Shown: positions 10,034 to 20,294 of the stretch, one piece after another
Layout of the letters: each line of letters starts with the position of its first letter
Position numbering within the stretch: the first letter of the stretch is position 1
NCBI GenBank assembly: GCA_963844035.1
Contig: CAWJMT010000035.1
Coordinates: 64,001-128,000, forward strand
DNA length: 64,000 nucleotides
DNA from: an uncultured Gemmatimonadales bacterium
GTDB taxonomy: Bacteria > Gemmatimonadota > Gemmatimonadetes > Gemmatimonadales > GWC2-71-9
Direction of reading: 5' to 3'
Notes under the pieces: model-generated
Told to the model about the DNA's origin: nothing
Database searches by the model: none
What the model saw: the letters and a program-made list of their open reading frames with translations, nothing else
Made by a program: the position numbers and the translations under genes

Positions 10034-12808
10034 GTGCGCATCGCGTCGAGGCTGTCGTGCTCGGTCGTGTGCCTCGCGCTCGCCACCAGCGCGCAGGCAC
10101 AGGTGGATCCGTCCGCCGGGTGGCGCACGCTGCACACGCCCCACTTTCGCATTCACTTCCGTCCCGAGACCCGTGCCGTCGCGCCGCGGGCCGCCCGGGA
10201 AGCGGAGCGCGCGTATGGGCTGCTCGCGCGCGAGCTGCATCCCCCGCGCGGGATCATCGACATCACCCTGTCCGATGATGCCGACGCGGCGAATGCCTTG
10301 ACCACCGTGTTTCCCTCCAATCGCATCACGCTGTACGTCGCTCCGCCGGCGAGCGACCCGGACCTCCAGAACTACGATTCATGGCTGCGGGTCGTCACCA
10401 CGCACGAGCTGACCCACGTCTTCCATCTCGACCGGGCGCGGGGGTTTTGGGGGTCGCTGCAACACGTGTTCGGTCGCGGCCCGCTGCTGTTTCCCAACGA
10501 GTACCAGCCGACCTGGGTGATCGAAGGCCTTGCGACCTACTATGAGTCGGCGCTGACCAATGCGGGACGGGTCAAGGGGACCCTGCACACCCAGGTGCTC
10601 GCTGCCGGGGCGCTGGGGGGCACGGCGCGATCGCCGTGGAATGCGCTGTTCTTCAGCCGCTGGCCCGGGGGCGTCGCGCCATACGCCTACGGCAGCCGGT
10701 TCTTTCGCTACCTCGCCGACTCGCTGGGCGACTCGATCGTCCCGCGCTTCGTCGAAGGGACCGCGGGACAGCTGATTCCGTTCCGCGTGGGCCGCCCGCT
10801 CTCGCGCGTCACGCCGAGCGTCAGGCTCGACGCGGCGTGGCCCCGCGGGACACAACCGGCGGCGGCGCCGGCCGACTCGAGCGGCGCCGAGCGAATCGAC
10901 CGCGGCCTGTTCACCGAGCCGGTCCCGCGCGTGTCGCCCGATCGGCGTCGCCTGGCGTATGTGCGGGACGACGGCAAGGGCAGGCGCTCCCTCTACATCG
11001 TCTCGACCGAAGACTGGCGCCGCGTGCGAACCCACGACGTGACCGGCGGCGTGAGCTACGACTGGCTCGGCGACACGCTGATCGTATCGCAGCTCGACTA
11101 CACGTCGCGCTGGCTGCTGCGCAGTGATCTCTATCGCTGGCTGCCCGACGGGCGCTGGACGCGCACCACCCGCGGCGCGCGGTTGCAGCAGCCGCGCGCC
11201 GGTGGTGACCGCCTTTCGACCATCGAGCTGGTGCCGGGGGGCAATCGTCCGACGCTGCTTGGGGACGACAGCGCCGACACGCGAGACGTCGGCGCGACCT
11301 GGGGGGACGTCGTCCCTTCGCCCGACGGCCGTTCGGTGGCCGCCACCCGCCACGCCGACGGGCACTGGTCGCTGGTGCGCTGGCCGGCGGAGGCTCCGGA
11401 GCAACGCGAGCTGCTGTTCGCCTCTCGCAGCGTTGTGAGCGACGTCGCATGGACTCCGAACGGGGAGCTGTTGTTCGTGAGCGACCAGTCGGGGTATCCC
11501 CAGATCTACCGCTGGTCCGCGTCGGGCGCGCCGGTGGCGCTCACGGCGGAGCCCCTCGGAGCCCGAGCGCCCGCCATGCTCGCGGATAGCACGCTGCTGT
11601 ACACGACGGTCGCCGCGTCCGGGTGGGAGCTGCGCCACGCACGCCCCGACTCAGGCGTAGCGGCTCCACCGCTGGTGGAACCGCTGCCGTTCGATTCCGC
11701 GCCGGCAACCGCGCTGCGCGAAACCGGCTACGCGCTTGGGTCATCGTTGCGGCCGCATTTCTGGCTCCCCCTGGTGCTCGATCGTGGATCGGCAGGAACG
11801 TTCTTCGGAGTCGCGACCGGCGGCACCGACGCGGTCGAACGTTACACCTACGCGGTGGCGGCATTGGCATCGGCGTCCCCGGGACGGATGGTGGCGGCGT
11901 TCGACGGCGTGTCGCACCTGTTCGGCAATCCGTCCCTCGACGTGTCGTTGACTTCCGACTGGGCGCCGGTAGCATCCCCCGATACCAGCGCGTCGCAGCG
12001 CGAGAGCGACGCGGCGTTGGGGGTGACCTTCGTCGCGCGGCGCTGGGAAACGACCGCGAGTCTGCGGGTCGCAGCCGAGTATGAGGCGACGCATTTCGCA
12101 GCCTGCGCGGGCGGGTGCGTGGACCAATCGCTGCTCGGCGCGTCCATCACGCTGGCGGTGCGCTCCTTCACGTTCGGCGCGGTGGCGATTTCACCGGAAG
12201 ACGGGGTGCGGCTGTCGGCGACGTATCGCCGCTGGGACGAGCGGGGCACCGATCGGTGGTCGAGCGAGCTCCGTCCCGAGATCGCGGTCTACGCACCCTT
12301 GCCGCTCAAGAAGGGCTTCGCGCACCAGGTATTGGCCCTGCGGGTGGCGGCGGGGGCGCTGTCCGGGTCGTTGCCGCGCGTGTTCAACGTGGGCGGCGTG
12401 TCGTCGGGGGGGGTCGCCTTGGCGCTCGGGCAGTCGCTGGGCCAGACGCGGGACTTCCCCGTGCGGGGCTACGCCGAAGGAGAACTGTGGGGCGACCGCG
12501 CGATCGTCACGTCGGTTGAGTATCGCGTACCCCTCGCGCTCATCGGCCAGCTCATCGGCCATCTCCCGATCGGCAGCGACAAGGTGTCGCTCTCGCTGTT
12601 CGCCGATGCAGGGAGTGGGTGGACCGATGGCAACGCCGCGCAGCTGGCGCGGCTGCGCTCGGTGGGCGCCGAGCTGGTGGGCGACATGACGATCAGCTAC
12701 GACGCACCGCTGCGGTTGCGCCTGGGGGTGGCCAAGCCGCTCGCTCCCCCGCCGTCCGGTCTCCCGCAGGACCCCGTGGTTTATGTTGCACTGAGCTCCA
12801 GCTTCTGA
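10034..12808 (+). CDS. Exported protein: gluzincin-like HEXXH domain, TolB/PD40-like repeats, BamA/TamA-like C-terminal barrel
   Basis: Signal peptide ..AQA; THELTH and WVIEGLATYYE; SPDRRRLAY, SPDGR, WTPNG; FPVRGY, SVEYRVPL, LFADAG, terminal Phe. Confidence 0.75.
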   Translation: MRIASRLSCSVVCLALATSAQAQVDPSAGWRTLHTPHFRIHFRPETRAVAPRAAREAERAYGLLARELHPPRGIIDITLSDDADAANALTTVFPSNRITLYVAPPASDPDLQNYDSWLRVVTTHELTHVFHLDRARGFWGSLQHVFGRGPLLFPNEYQPTWVIEGLATYYESALTNAGRVKGTLHTQVLAAGALGGTARSPWNALFFSRWPGGVAPYAYGSRFFRYLADSLGDSIVPRFVEGTAGQLIPFRVGRPLSRVTPSVRLDAAWPRGTQPAAAPADSSGAERIDRGLFTEPVPRVSPDRRRLAYVRDDGKGRRSLYIVSTEDWRRVRTHDVTGGVSYDWLGDTLIVSQLDYTSRWLLRSDLYRWLPDGRWTRTTRGARLQQPRAGGDRLSTIELVPGGNRPTLLGDDSADTRDVGATWGDVVPSPDGRSVAATRHADGHWSLVRWPAEAPEQRELLFASRSVVSDVAWTPNGELLFVSDQSGYPQIYRWSASGAPVALTAEPLGARAPAMLADSTLLYTTVAASGWELRHARPDSGVAAPPLVEPLPFDSAPATALRETGYALGSSLRPHFWLPLVLDRGSAGTFFGVATGGTDAVERYTYAVAALASASPGRMVAAFDGVSHLFGNPSLDVSLTSDWAPVASPDTSASQRESDAALGVTFVARRWETTASLRVAAEYEATHFAACAGGCVDQSLLGASITLAVRSFTFGAVAISPEDGVRLSATYRRWDERGTDRWSSELRPEIAVYAPLPLKKGFAHQVLALRVAAGALSGSLPRVFNVGGVSSGGVALALGQSLGQTRDFPVRGYAEGELWGDRAIVTSVEYRVPLALIGQLIGHLPIGSDKVSLSLFADAGSGWTDGNAAQLARLRSVGAELVGDMTISYDAPLRLRLGVAKPLAPPPSGLPQDPVVYVALSSSF

Positions 12809-12841
12809 GTAGGTATCAAGAGGCGAACAAACGAGAACAGC

Positions 12842-15097
12842 GTGAAACGATCGGTCCTCCTATTCGGTGGCTTGCTGGCCTTCGCGCCCGGCAGCGCGCT
12901 GGTCGCGCAAGATCCCGCCGACCGGGTTGGCCTGGAGCGGTTACGGGATTCGCTCGCCCGCAGTGCGGACAGCACGGCGATCAAGCAGCTGGAAGCGGCC
13001 ACGATTGACGTGGCGAAGCAGCACCGCGACGACCCCCTCATTCACCTGCGTCTGGGATTCATCGCCTACCGGCTCGGCGAGGTGGCTGGAAAATCCCATT
13101 TCGAGGACGCGGCGGGGGAGTTCGAGTGGGCCGCGGAGCTGCGGCCCGGGTGGCCCTACCCCTGGTATGGCGCCGGCCTTTCCGAGCTTGCGGTCGGCGA
13201 GCACTCCGTCATCGGTGTCGAGAATGTCCGGCAGGCGCTGCGCAAGGACCACTTGTCGAAAGCCGCGCGGGCGTTCGCGAAAGCGGCTGAAGCAGACCCG
13301 GCATTTGCCGAGGCGACGGTGGACCTCGCCCGCGCGGCCCTCGTCCAGCGTATTGGGGCGCGGCTCGATCTCGCCTTGAGCGCCGTCCGCGCGGCAGCGC
13401 ACTCCGCGGCGGGCCGGGACCCGCGCATCCAGCTGGCGCGGGGCCGCGTCGAGCGAGCGGTGGGCAACAGCGATTCGGCCCTTGCGGCCTTTCAAGTCTA
13501 TCTGGCGGTCGGCGGCGACTCGGGCGTCGGTCTCATCGAGCAGGCGCGAACCCTGTACTCCGCGCACCAGCCGGCAGCCGCCCTGCACGCCTACTTCGCG
13601 GGGGCGCGCACCAGCACCGCGGCTGCCGCCGCCCTGTATCGGTTCGACATCGGCTGGATCGCTTCGCCAGCCGGCCTCGCGGCCTTCGATGCGCTCGACA
13701 ACGGGCCCGCCCGTGCCAAGTGGCTGGCGGATTTCTGGCAGCGGCGCGACGTCGCCGAGGCACGCGAGCCGGGCGACCGGCTGACGGAGCACTACCGCCG
13801 CTGGTTCTATGCCGAGCGCAATTTCCTGCTGGTCAGCCGCCATCGCGAGTACGACATCACCGAGCGCTATCGCAATCCCCAGGGCGAGATCGACGATCGT
13901 GGGGTCATCTATGTCCGGCACGGCGTCCCGGACGCCCGAGCGATCTGGGTCAGCTCGGACTCGGTGGAGCCGAACGAGACCTGGCTCTATCACCAGACGG
14001 AGGGCGATCTGATCTTTCACTTTGTCGCGCGCAAAGGAGTGCAGGACTACAAGCTGGTGGAGAGCCTGGCCGATGCGCTGGTAACGGGACAGCGAGCAGC
14101 AATGGCCCTCGAGGCACGGCGCCAGTTGAGCCCCGTGGCCATCGGTCTCTTCGCGTCGCGCGCCGGTCTGAGCCCCCTGTATGTGCGCCTGAGCGACCCG
14201 GTCGGCTCCGCCAGCATGCGCGGGGTGCTCGCGTCGGAACGCAAGCTCGGACAGCGCAGCATCGAGATCGGCACCGCGAGCGACAGCTACCGCCATGCGT
14301 TCGCGTCGCCGCTCGACGTGATCGTGTCCCGTTTCGTGGCAGGGGATCCGCGCAACGGCGGCGGGGCGCTGCACATCGTGTTCGCGATTCCGGCGCAGCG
14401 GCTCGAGCCGGTGCCCGACAGCAATCGCGTCGTGTATCCCCTCGCATTCCGTCTCTACGTGACTGACCGCACCGGAGAGATCGCAGCCCGGCTGGACACG
14501 ATGCGCGTCTTTGCCGCGTCCAAGCCGCTCCCCGACGGGAGCTACCTCACCGGGAGGTTTGCCGTCCCGATCCCCCCGGGCCTGTATGCCTACCGGCTGC
14601 TGACGGAGCAGCGCAGCGGTGGGGCAGGCACGATCGCGATGGGCGACTCGGTGTTCGTGGACACGCTCACCGGCAACCGCTTTGCCATCAGCGATCTCGT
14701 GGTCGGTCGCGCCGGCTCCGGTCTCGTGTGGAGCGCCGGGTCCGACACGGTGCTCCTCAACCCGCTCGATCGGTTCCCCGAGGGCGGCACGGCCGCGCTG
14801 TACTACGAGGTCTACGGGGTGCCGCCGGGCGCCCTGTACCACACCGAGATCCGGTTGGAGCGCCGCGGTGGGCGGTCGGCGTTCGGCGCGGTGTCGCGGC
14901 TGTTCGGCGGAGGAAAACGCCAGCCGGTGTTGCTCGAGTTCGATGCCCCGAGCAGCGGGCGCGTGAACCGGGTGCACCGCCAGGTGGATTTGCGCGACGC
15001 GCCGCGCGGGTCGTACTCCATCATCCTGCGCATCAGCGATCCGGCGACCGGCAGGGCGCTGACCCGGAGCGTGGGGTTCACCGTCGTTTCGCGCTAA
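12842..15097 (+). CDS. TPR-containing GWxTD-domain exported protein
   Basis: Signal peptide, TPR-like helices, FWQRRD...EHYRRWFYA...DDRGVIYVRHGVPD...ETWLY. Confidence 0.75.
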   Translation: MKRSVLLFGGLLAFAPGSALVAQDPADRVGLERLRDSLARSADSTAIKQLEAATIDVAKQHRDDPLIHLRLGFIAYRLGEVAGKSHFEDAAGEFEWAAELRPGWPYPWYGAGLSELAVGEHSVIGVENVRQALRKDHLSKAARAFAKAAEADPAFAEATVDLARAALVQRIGARLDLALSAVRAAAHSAAGRDPRIQLARGRVERAVGNSDSALAAFQVYLAVGGDSGVGLIEQARTLYSAHQPAAALHAYFAGARTSTAAAAALYRFDIGWIASPAGLAAFDALDNGPARAKWLADFWQRRDVAEAREPGDRLTEHYRRWFYAERNFLLVSRHREYDITERYRNPQGEIDDRGVIYVRHGVPDARAIWVSSDSVEPNETWLYHQTEGDLIFHFVARKGVQDYKLVESLADALVTGQRAAMALEARRQLSPVAIGLFASRAGLSPLYVRLSDPVGSASMRGVLASERKLGQRSIEIGTASDSYRHAFASPLDVIVSRFVAGDPRNGGGALHIVFAIPAQRLEPVPDSNRVVYPLAFRLYVTDRTGEIAARLDTMRVFAASKPLPDGSYLTGRFAVPIPPGLYAYRLLTEQRSGGAGTIAMGDSVFVDTLTGNRFAISDLVVGRAGSGLVWSAGSDTVLLNPLDRFPEGGTAALYYEVYGVPPGALYHTEIRLERRGGRSAFGAVSRLFGGGKRQPVLLEFDAPSSGRVNRVHRQVDLRDAPRGSYSIILRISDPATGRALTRSVGFTVVSR

Positions 15098-15154
15098 TCC
15101 GTTTGCACTTCATCGCGGCCGCCGGTAGCTTTCGCTGATTCCTCCGGAGTAGGG

Positions 15155-17030
15155 ATGTATTGTTCCCGCTGTGGTACCCAAAACGAAGACACCAGCAGGT
15201 TCTGCCGGTCGTGCGGTCTCGACCTGGCGGCGACGCCGCTTAAGGGTGAGCCGGAAGTCAGCGAAATCGACATGGTGCGCCGGGAGCTCAAAGGGGAGTA
15301 CGACATCCTCGAGGAGCTGGGCCGCGGCGGCATGGCGATTGTGTTCAAGGCCCGCGAGCGCCAGCTCGAGCGCGACGTGGCGATCAAGGTGCTCCCGTTC
15401 TCCCTCGCCTTCGACAAGGAATTCGTAGAGCGCTTCGAGCGGGAGGCGCGGACGTCGGCGAAGCTCGAGCACCCGAACATCATTCCGATCTATCGCGTCG
15501 GCAAATCGGGACGCGTCACCTACTTCGTCATGAAGTACCTGCGCGGCCAGCCCCTGTCGGCCCTGCTCGCCGCGCGCGGGTCGCTCCCCCCCGGCGAGAT
15601 CCGCCAGATTCTGGCGCAGGTCGGCCGCGCCCTCGCCTACGCCCACAAGAGCGGCATCGTCCACCGGGACATCAAGCCGGACAACATCATGTTCGACGAG
15701 CACGGCTTGGCGCTGGTGACCGATTTCGGCATCGCCAAAGCCGCCACCGGCGGCAAGCTCACGGGCACGGGAATGTCCATCGGGACGCCCCACTACATGA
15801 GTCCGGAGCAGGCGCGCGCTCAGGGCCTGGACGGACGCAGCGACCTGTATTCGTTGGGCGTGGTCGCCTATCAGTGCCTCATAGGATCGGTCCCCTACGA
15901 CGGCGAGGACTCGTTCTCCATCGGCTACAAGCACATCATGGAGGACATGCCGACCCCACCGCTCCATACGCCGGAGCAACGGGACCTGTTTGAAATCATC
16001 AAGAAGATGATGGCGAAGGCCCCCGACGACCGGTTCCAGAGCGCCGAGGAGCTGGGGAAAGTCCTGGAGGGGGCGGGCGCCTTCACGAGTGTGACCCTCG
16101 CCAGCACGCCCACCCGTCCCATGCCGTCCCACAACATGGCGAGTGCACTTACGACACCGCTGCCGCGCGCGACGGGGGTGCGCCCGGCGCCGGCAACGGC
16201 AACGGCGCCGGCGCCGGCGTCGGTGCCCGCGGCCAAGGCCAAGCACTCGGTCGCGGGAACGATGTTTCTGTGGCTGGTCATTGTGGGCACCGCCGTGGGT
16301 GGAGGCGGGTTCTACGCCTACAAACAGGGGTGGCTGCTCGCCTCCGCGCCTCCGGTCAAGCCGGACACGGCGGGACTGCCCCCCGTCACTCCTATTCAGG
16401 CGTCCGAGTCGACCGCGCACGCGGATAGCGCGGCCGCGCCTCACCCCGGCGGCCGACACCGCCGCTCCCCGCCTACCGCCTCCGGGGACACCAGGAAAGC
16501 TCACGCTGCAGGGGATGCCGCAGGGGGCCCGGGCCACGCTCAATGGGCAGGTCGTGAAGGGAAATTCGTTCGAGGTGCCGCCCGGGGTGCACAAGCTGGC
16601 CGTGCGGGCGCCCGGGTACGACACGTTTGAGCGGCAGGTCGTGATCACGCCGGGCCAGCCCAGCACCGTCAAGGTCGACATGCAGCTCGCCGGCGGGGGG
16701 ACGGGTGGGGCGGGCCCCTGCGAGCAGTACGGGCCGGCCTACAACCAGGACAACCTGTGCTTCGATTCGCGGCCGGTCCCGCTGGCATCGACGCTGCTGC
16801 CGATCCCGGTCGACGCGCCCGTCGTCCCGCGCGAGGCGATTCTCCTGTTCCACGTCTCCCTCACCGGCGAAACCATGGCGGTACGCCTGTTCGTCCGCTC
16901 GAACGTCGAAACCTTCAACGATCAGGCGCTCGACCTCGCCAAGGGGTTGCGCTGGAATCCCGCGCAAAAGAACGGTGAGCCGGTCGATGCCTGGGTCCAG
17001 TGGCCCTTCAAGCCGGTCCCCGCGAGGTAA
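15155..17030 (+). CDS. Ser/Thr protein kinase: Zn ribbon, kinase, TM, PEGA domain, TonB C-terminal-like domain (frameshift near 16450)
   Basis: CSRC..CRSC, GRGGM, HRDIKPDN, DFG, GTPHYMSPEQ; PEGA-like PQGARATLNG..PGVHKLAVRAPGY; TonB_C-like FNDQALDLAKGLRWNPAQKNGEPVDAW. Confidence 0.85.
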
Positions 17031-17539
17031 GCATCAACATCCATCCCACGGCGTTCATCGCGCCCGGAGCGGTCGTCCTGGGGGACGTCACCCTCGGGCC
17101 GCGCTCCAGCGTGTGGTACACTGCCGTGCTGCGAGGCGACACGGCGCCGATCGTGGTGGGGGAAGCGTCCAACGTCCAGGACGGGACCATCATTCACGTG
17201 GACGCCGGCGTTCCGGCCACCGTGGGCGCGCGGGTGGGCATTGGGCACCGCGTGGTCCTGCACGGGTGCACGATCGAGGATGAGTGCCTCATCGGCATGG
17301 GGAGCGTGCTGCTGAACGGGGTCCACATCGGCGCGGGCAGCGTCGTGGCGGCCGGTGCGGTCGTGCCGGAAGGGCTGCGGGTGCCACCGGGCTCGGTGCT
17401 GGTGGGCGTCCCGGCTCGGATCACCCGCGCGGTCGACGACGGGCTGCGCGACCGTATCCGGGCCACGTGGGAGCACTATGTGACGGAGGCCACACGGCAC
17501 CGCTCCGGCGCGTTTCCAATCGCGCGAGCAAGTTTGTGA
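17000..17539 (+). CDS. Gamma carbonic anhydrase family (hexapeptide repeat) protein; start uncertain
   Basis: IHPTAFIAP, VLRGD, NVQDGTIIH, IGHRVVLHGC. Confidence 0.9.
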   Translation: MALQAGPREVSINIHPTAFIAPGAVVLGDVTLGPRSSVWYTAVLRGDTAPIVVGEASNVQDGTIIHVDAGVPATVGARVGIGHRVVLHGCTIEDECLIGMGSVLLNGVHIGAGSVVAAGAVVPEGLRVPPGSVLVGVPARITRAVDDGLRDRIRATWEHYVTEATRHRSGAFPIARASL

Positions 17540-17703
17540 TGTTAACTTTCGAAGGGCCCGCTAGGTCGTCGCTTTTCGCGTGGCTTGCCGGGGGCGCAGC
17601 ACGTTCCTACCTTGGCCAATCCGCGCCGTAGCAGAGTGGCTCTCGACGTGGCTGACCTTTCCGTTCATCGTGACAGCAATCTCGCCGTGAGGGACAAACT
17701 AGG

Positions 17704-20181
17704 ATGACTGAGTCCACCAATAAGGGGTCGCTCTCGCTTACCCCAAACGCTGTCACGATTCTCGAGAAGCGCTACCTGATCAAGGATGACAAAGGAAAGG
17801 CGGTGGAGCGGCCGGAAGACCTGTTCTGGCGCGTGGCCCGCACGATTGCCGCGCCCGACCAGACCTACGGTGCCTCCCCCCAGGCCCTGAAGGGCCTCGC
17901 CGAGACGTTCTTCGAGCTGATGGCCACCCGCGTCTGGATGCCCAATTCACCCACTCTGATGAATGCCGGTCGGCCGCTCGGGCAGCTCTCCGCGTGCTTC
18001 GTTCTGCCGGTCGACGACGCCCTGTCTAACGGCCAGAGCGGCATTTACGACACCCTGCGCTCCATGGCGCTGGTCCACCAGTCGGGAGGCGGGACGGGCT
18101 TCTCCTTCTCGCGGCTGCGCCCTCAGAATGACGTGGTGCGTTCCACTATGGGCGTCGCCTCCGGCCCGGTGTCGTTCATGAAGCTGTACGATGCCTCGAC
18201 CGACGTGGTGAAGCAGGGCGGCACCCGCCGCGGCGCCAACATGGGCATCCTGCGGGTGGACCACCCCGACATCCTGGAGTTCATCACCTGCAAGGACGAT
18301 TTGACCCAGGTGACGAACTTCAACATCTCGGTCGCGGTCACCGACGCGTTCATGGCCGCCGTGGAGCAGGGGACGAGCTACGACCTGATCCATCCCCGTA
18401 CCGGCCAGCCGGTGGGGCAGCTCGAGGCGCGCGACGTGTTTCAGAAGATCGTGCACGGCGCCTGGAAGACCGGCGAGCCGGGGGTGTTCTTCATCGACCG
18501 CGCCAACGCCTACAATCCCGTCCCGCATCTCGGCAGCTACGAGGCGACCAACCCCTGTGGCGAGCAGCCGCTGCTGCCCTACGACGTGTGCAACCTGGGC
18601 TCGATCGACGTCGGACGGTGCGTCAAGGACGGCGCGGTGGACTGGGAGCGCCTGGCGACCGTCACGCACCTGTGCACGCACTTTCTCGACAACGTCATCG
18701 ACGCCAACCGGTACCCGCTGCCTGAGATCGACAAGCTCGCCAAGCACATCCGCCGGATCGGGCTCGGCATCATGGGTTGGGCCGACCTGCTGGTGCGGCT
18801 CGGCATTCCGTACAACTCGGACGAAGGGGTGGATCTCGGCCGCAAGCTGATGCAGTTCGTGGACGAGGAGTCGAAGAAGGCATCGGAGAAGCTCGCGGAG
18901 CAGCGCGGCGTGTTCGGCGAGTGGGAGCGGTCGATCTGGGGACCCGATGCCACCTGCGCCCGCGACGCCAAGGGCGAGCGCATCCGGCCGATGCGCCGGC
19001 TGCGGAACTGCAACCTGACGACGGTCGCGCCCACCGGCACGATTTCGATCATCGCGGGCTGCTCGTCGGGGATCGAGCCCCTGTTCGCCGTGGCGTTCAT
19101 GCGGAACCAGGCGGGCGTCCAGATGCCGGACGTGAACGAGGACTTCGTCGCCATCGCGCGGCGCGAGGGGTGGTACTCCGACGAGCTGGTGCAGCGGATC
19201 GCCGAGACGGGCCATATCCATTTCCCCGAGGTGCCGGAGAAGTGGCAGCGGGTCTTCGTGACTGCGCACGACGTGACCCCCGAGTGGCACATCCGGATGC
19301 AGGCGGCGTTCCAGGAGTACACCGATTCGGCGATCTCCAAGACCTGCAACTTCCCCCGGGAGGCGACGGAAGCGGACGTGGAGCAGATCTACCGCTTTGC
19401 CTTCAAGCAGCGCTGCAAAGGCGTGACGGTGTACCGCGACGCGTCGCGTGAGAACCAGGTGCTGTCCACCGGCGCCACCACCAAGAAGGCCAGTGAGGCG
19501 GTGCCCGATCAGGCACAGCGCCAGCTCGCCGAGGCGCTGGGACGGATCGCCGAGCTCGACGCCGAGCTGGCGCGCACACGCGCGGCCTTGCACGGCGTTG
19601 AGGCGGAGAATCAGCAGCGCCGGGCCAAACGCTCGCGCCCCGACCTCCTGAAGGGCTCCACGCGGCGGGTCGAGACCCCCCTCGGCACGATGTATGTGAC
19701 CATCACCGAGGACGAGAGGGGCCAGCCGTTCGAGATGTTCATCACGCTCGGGAAGGCAGGGCACGCGTTGATGGCCGACGTCGAGGCGATCGGCCGGCTC
19801 ATCTCGCTGGCGCTGCGCTCCGGGATCTCCTTGAAGGAGCTCTACCGCCAGCTCCGCGGCATCTCGAGCGACAAGACGATCGGGCTCGGCCTGCAGAAAG
19901 TCTCCTCGGTGCCCGACGCGATCGGCATCGCGATCGAAAAGTGGATGCAGGAGCGACAGGGGATCCAGCAGGATCTCCTCGGCGACCCCGGAGCCCAGCA
20001 GCCGACGGCGCTGCGCGAGGTGGTGACGGGGGTGTCGGGAGCGGGGGAGGGGGAGCTCTCGGTCCACGGTCATGACATGAACCAGGAGTTCCTCGGCGCC
20101 TGCCCGGATTGTGGATCGCAGCTCGCCTTCGTCGAGGGCTGCGCCAAGTGCCACGTGTGCGGCTACTCGGAGTGCGGTTGA
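17704..20181 (+). CDS. nrdJ: Class II (adenosylcobalamin-dependent) ribonucleotide reductase with TSCPD-like domain and C-terminal Zn ribbon
   Basis: PNSPTLMNAG, LSACF, GGTRRGANM, TNPCGEQPL, CNLGS, APTGTIS, GVTVYRD, SSVPDA, CPDC..CHVCGYSEC. Confidence 0.95.
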   Translation: MTESTNKGSLSLTPNAVTILEKRYLIKDDKGKAVERPEDLFWRVARTIAAPDQTYGASPQALKGLAETFFELMATRVWMPNSPTLMNAGRPLGQLSACFVLPVDDALSNGQSGIYDTLRSMALVHQSGGGTGFSFSRLRPQNDVVRSTMGVASGPVSFMKLYDASTDVVKQGGTRRGANMGILRVDHPDILEFITCKDDLTQVTNFNISVAVTDAFMAAVEQGTSYDLIHPRTGQPVGQLEARDVFQKIVHGAWKTGEPGVFFIDRANAYNPVPHLGSYEATNPCGEQPLLPYDVCNLGSIDVGRCVKDGAVDWERLATVTHLCTHFLDNVIDANRYPLPEIDKLAKHIRRIGLGIMGWADLLVRLGIPYNSDEGVDLGRKLMQFVDEESKKASEKLAEQRGVFGEWERSIWGPDATCARDAKGERIRPMRRLRNCNLTTVAPTGTISIIAGCSSGIEPLFAVAFMRNQAGVQMPDVNEDFVAIARREGWYSDELVQRIAETGHIHFPEVPEKWQRVFVTAHDVTPEWHIRMQAAFQEYTDSAISKTCNFPREATEADVEQIYRFAFKQRCKGVTVYRDASRENQVLSTGATTKKASEAVPDQAQRQLAEALGRIAELDAELARTRAALHGVEAENQQRRAKRSRPDLLKGSTRRVETPLGTMYVTITEDERGQPFEMFITLGKAGHALMADVEAIGRLISLALRSGISLKELYRQLRGISSDKTIGLGLQKVSSVPDAIGIAIEKWMQERQGIQQDLLGDPGAQQPTALREVVTGVSGAGEGELSVHGHDMNQEFLGACPDCGSQLAFVEGCAKCHVCGYSECG

Positions 20182-20245
20182 GCGGCACACCGGACACCGG
20201 CGCTCGCCCGGAAATGACGGATCAGGATCGCCCCCACACCCTGGG

Positions 20246-20288
20246 TGTGACCTCGGTCACGACGTCTTCAGTTGCCCCCGATTATTTT
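20246..20288 (+). promoter_or_regulatory. CRP/FNR-family-like site plus -10 element (class II geometry)
   Basis: TGTGA-cctcgg-TCACG (20246-20261), centred 41.5 nt upstream of GTG 20295; TATTTT at 20283-20288. Confidence 0.5.
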
Positions 20289-20294
20289 GAAGAC

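Noticed and set aside
17027..17030. Non-canonical GTA start for the gamma-CA gene
   Set aside because: An in-frame GTG exists at 17000, and a single-base error in a usual GTGA overlap is equally possible.
17540..17703. Cobalamin riboswitch or NrdR boxes upstream of nrdJ
   Set aside because: No recognisable B12 box or NrdR palindrome; only a plain TTGCCG..TACCTT promoter-like pair.
17704..20181. Intein or intron in nrdJ
   Set aside because: Motifs are contiguous and length is ordinary; no splice-junction motifs.
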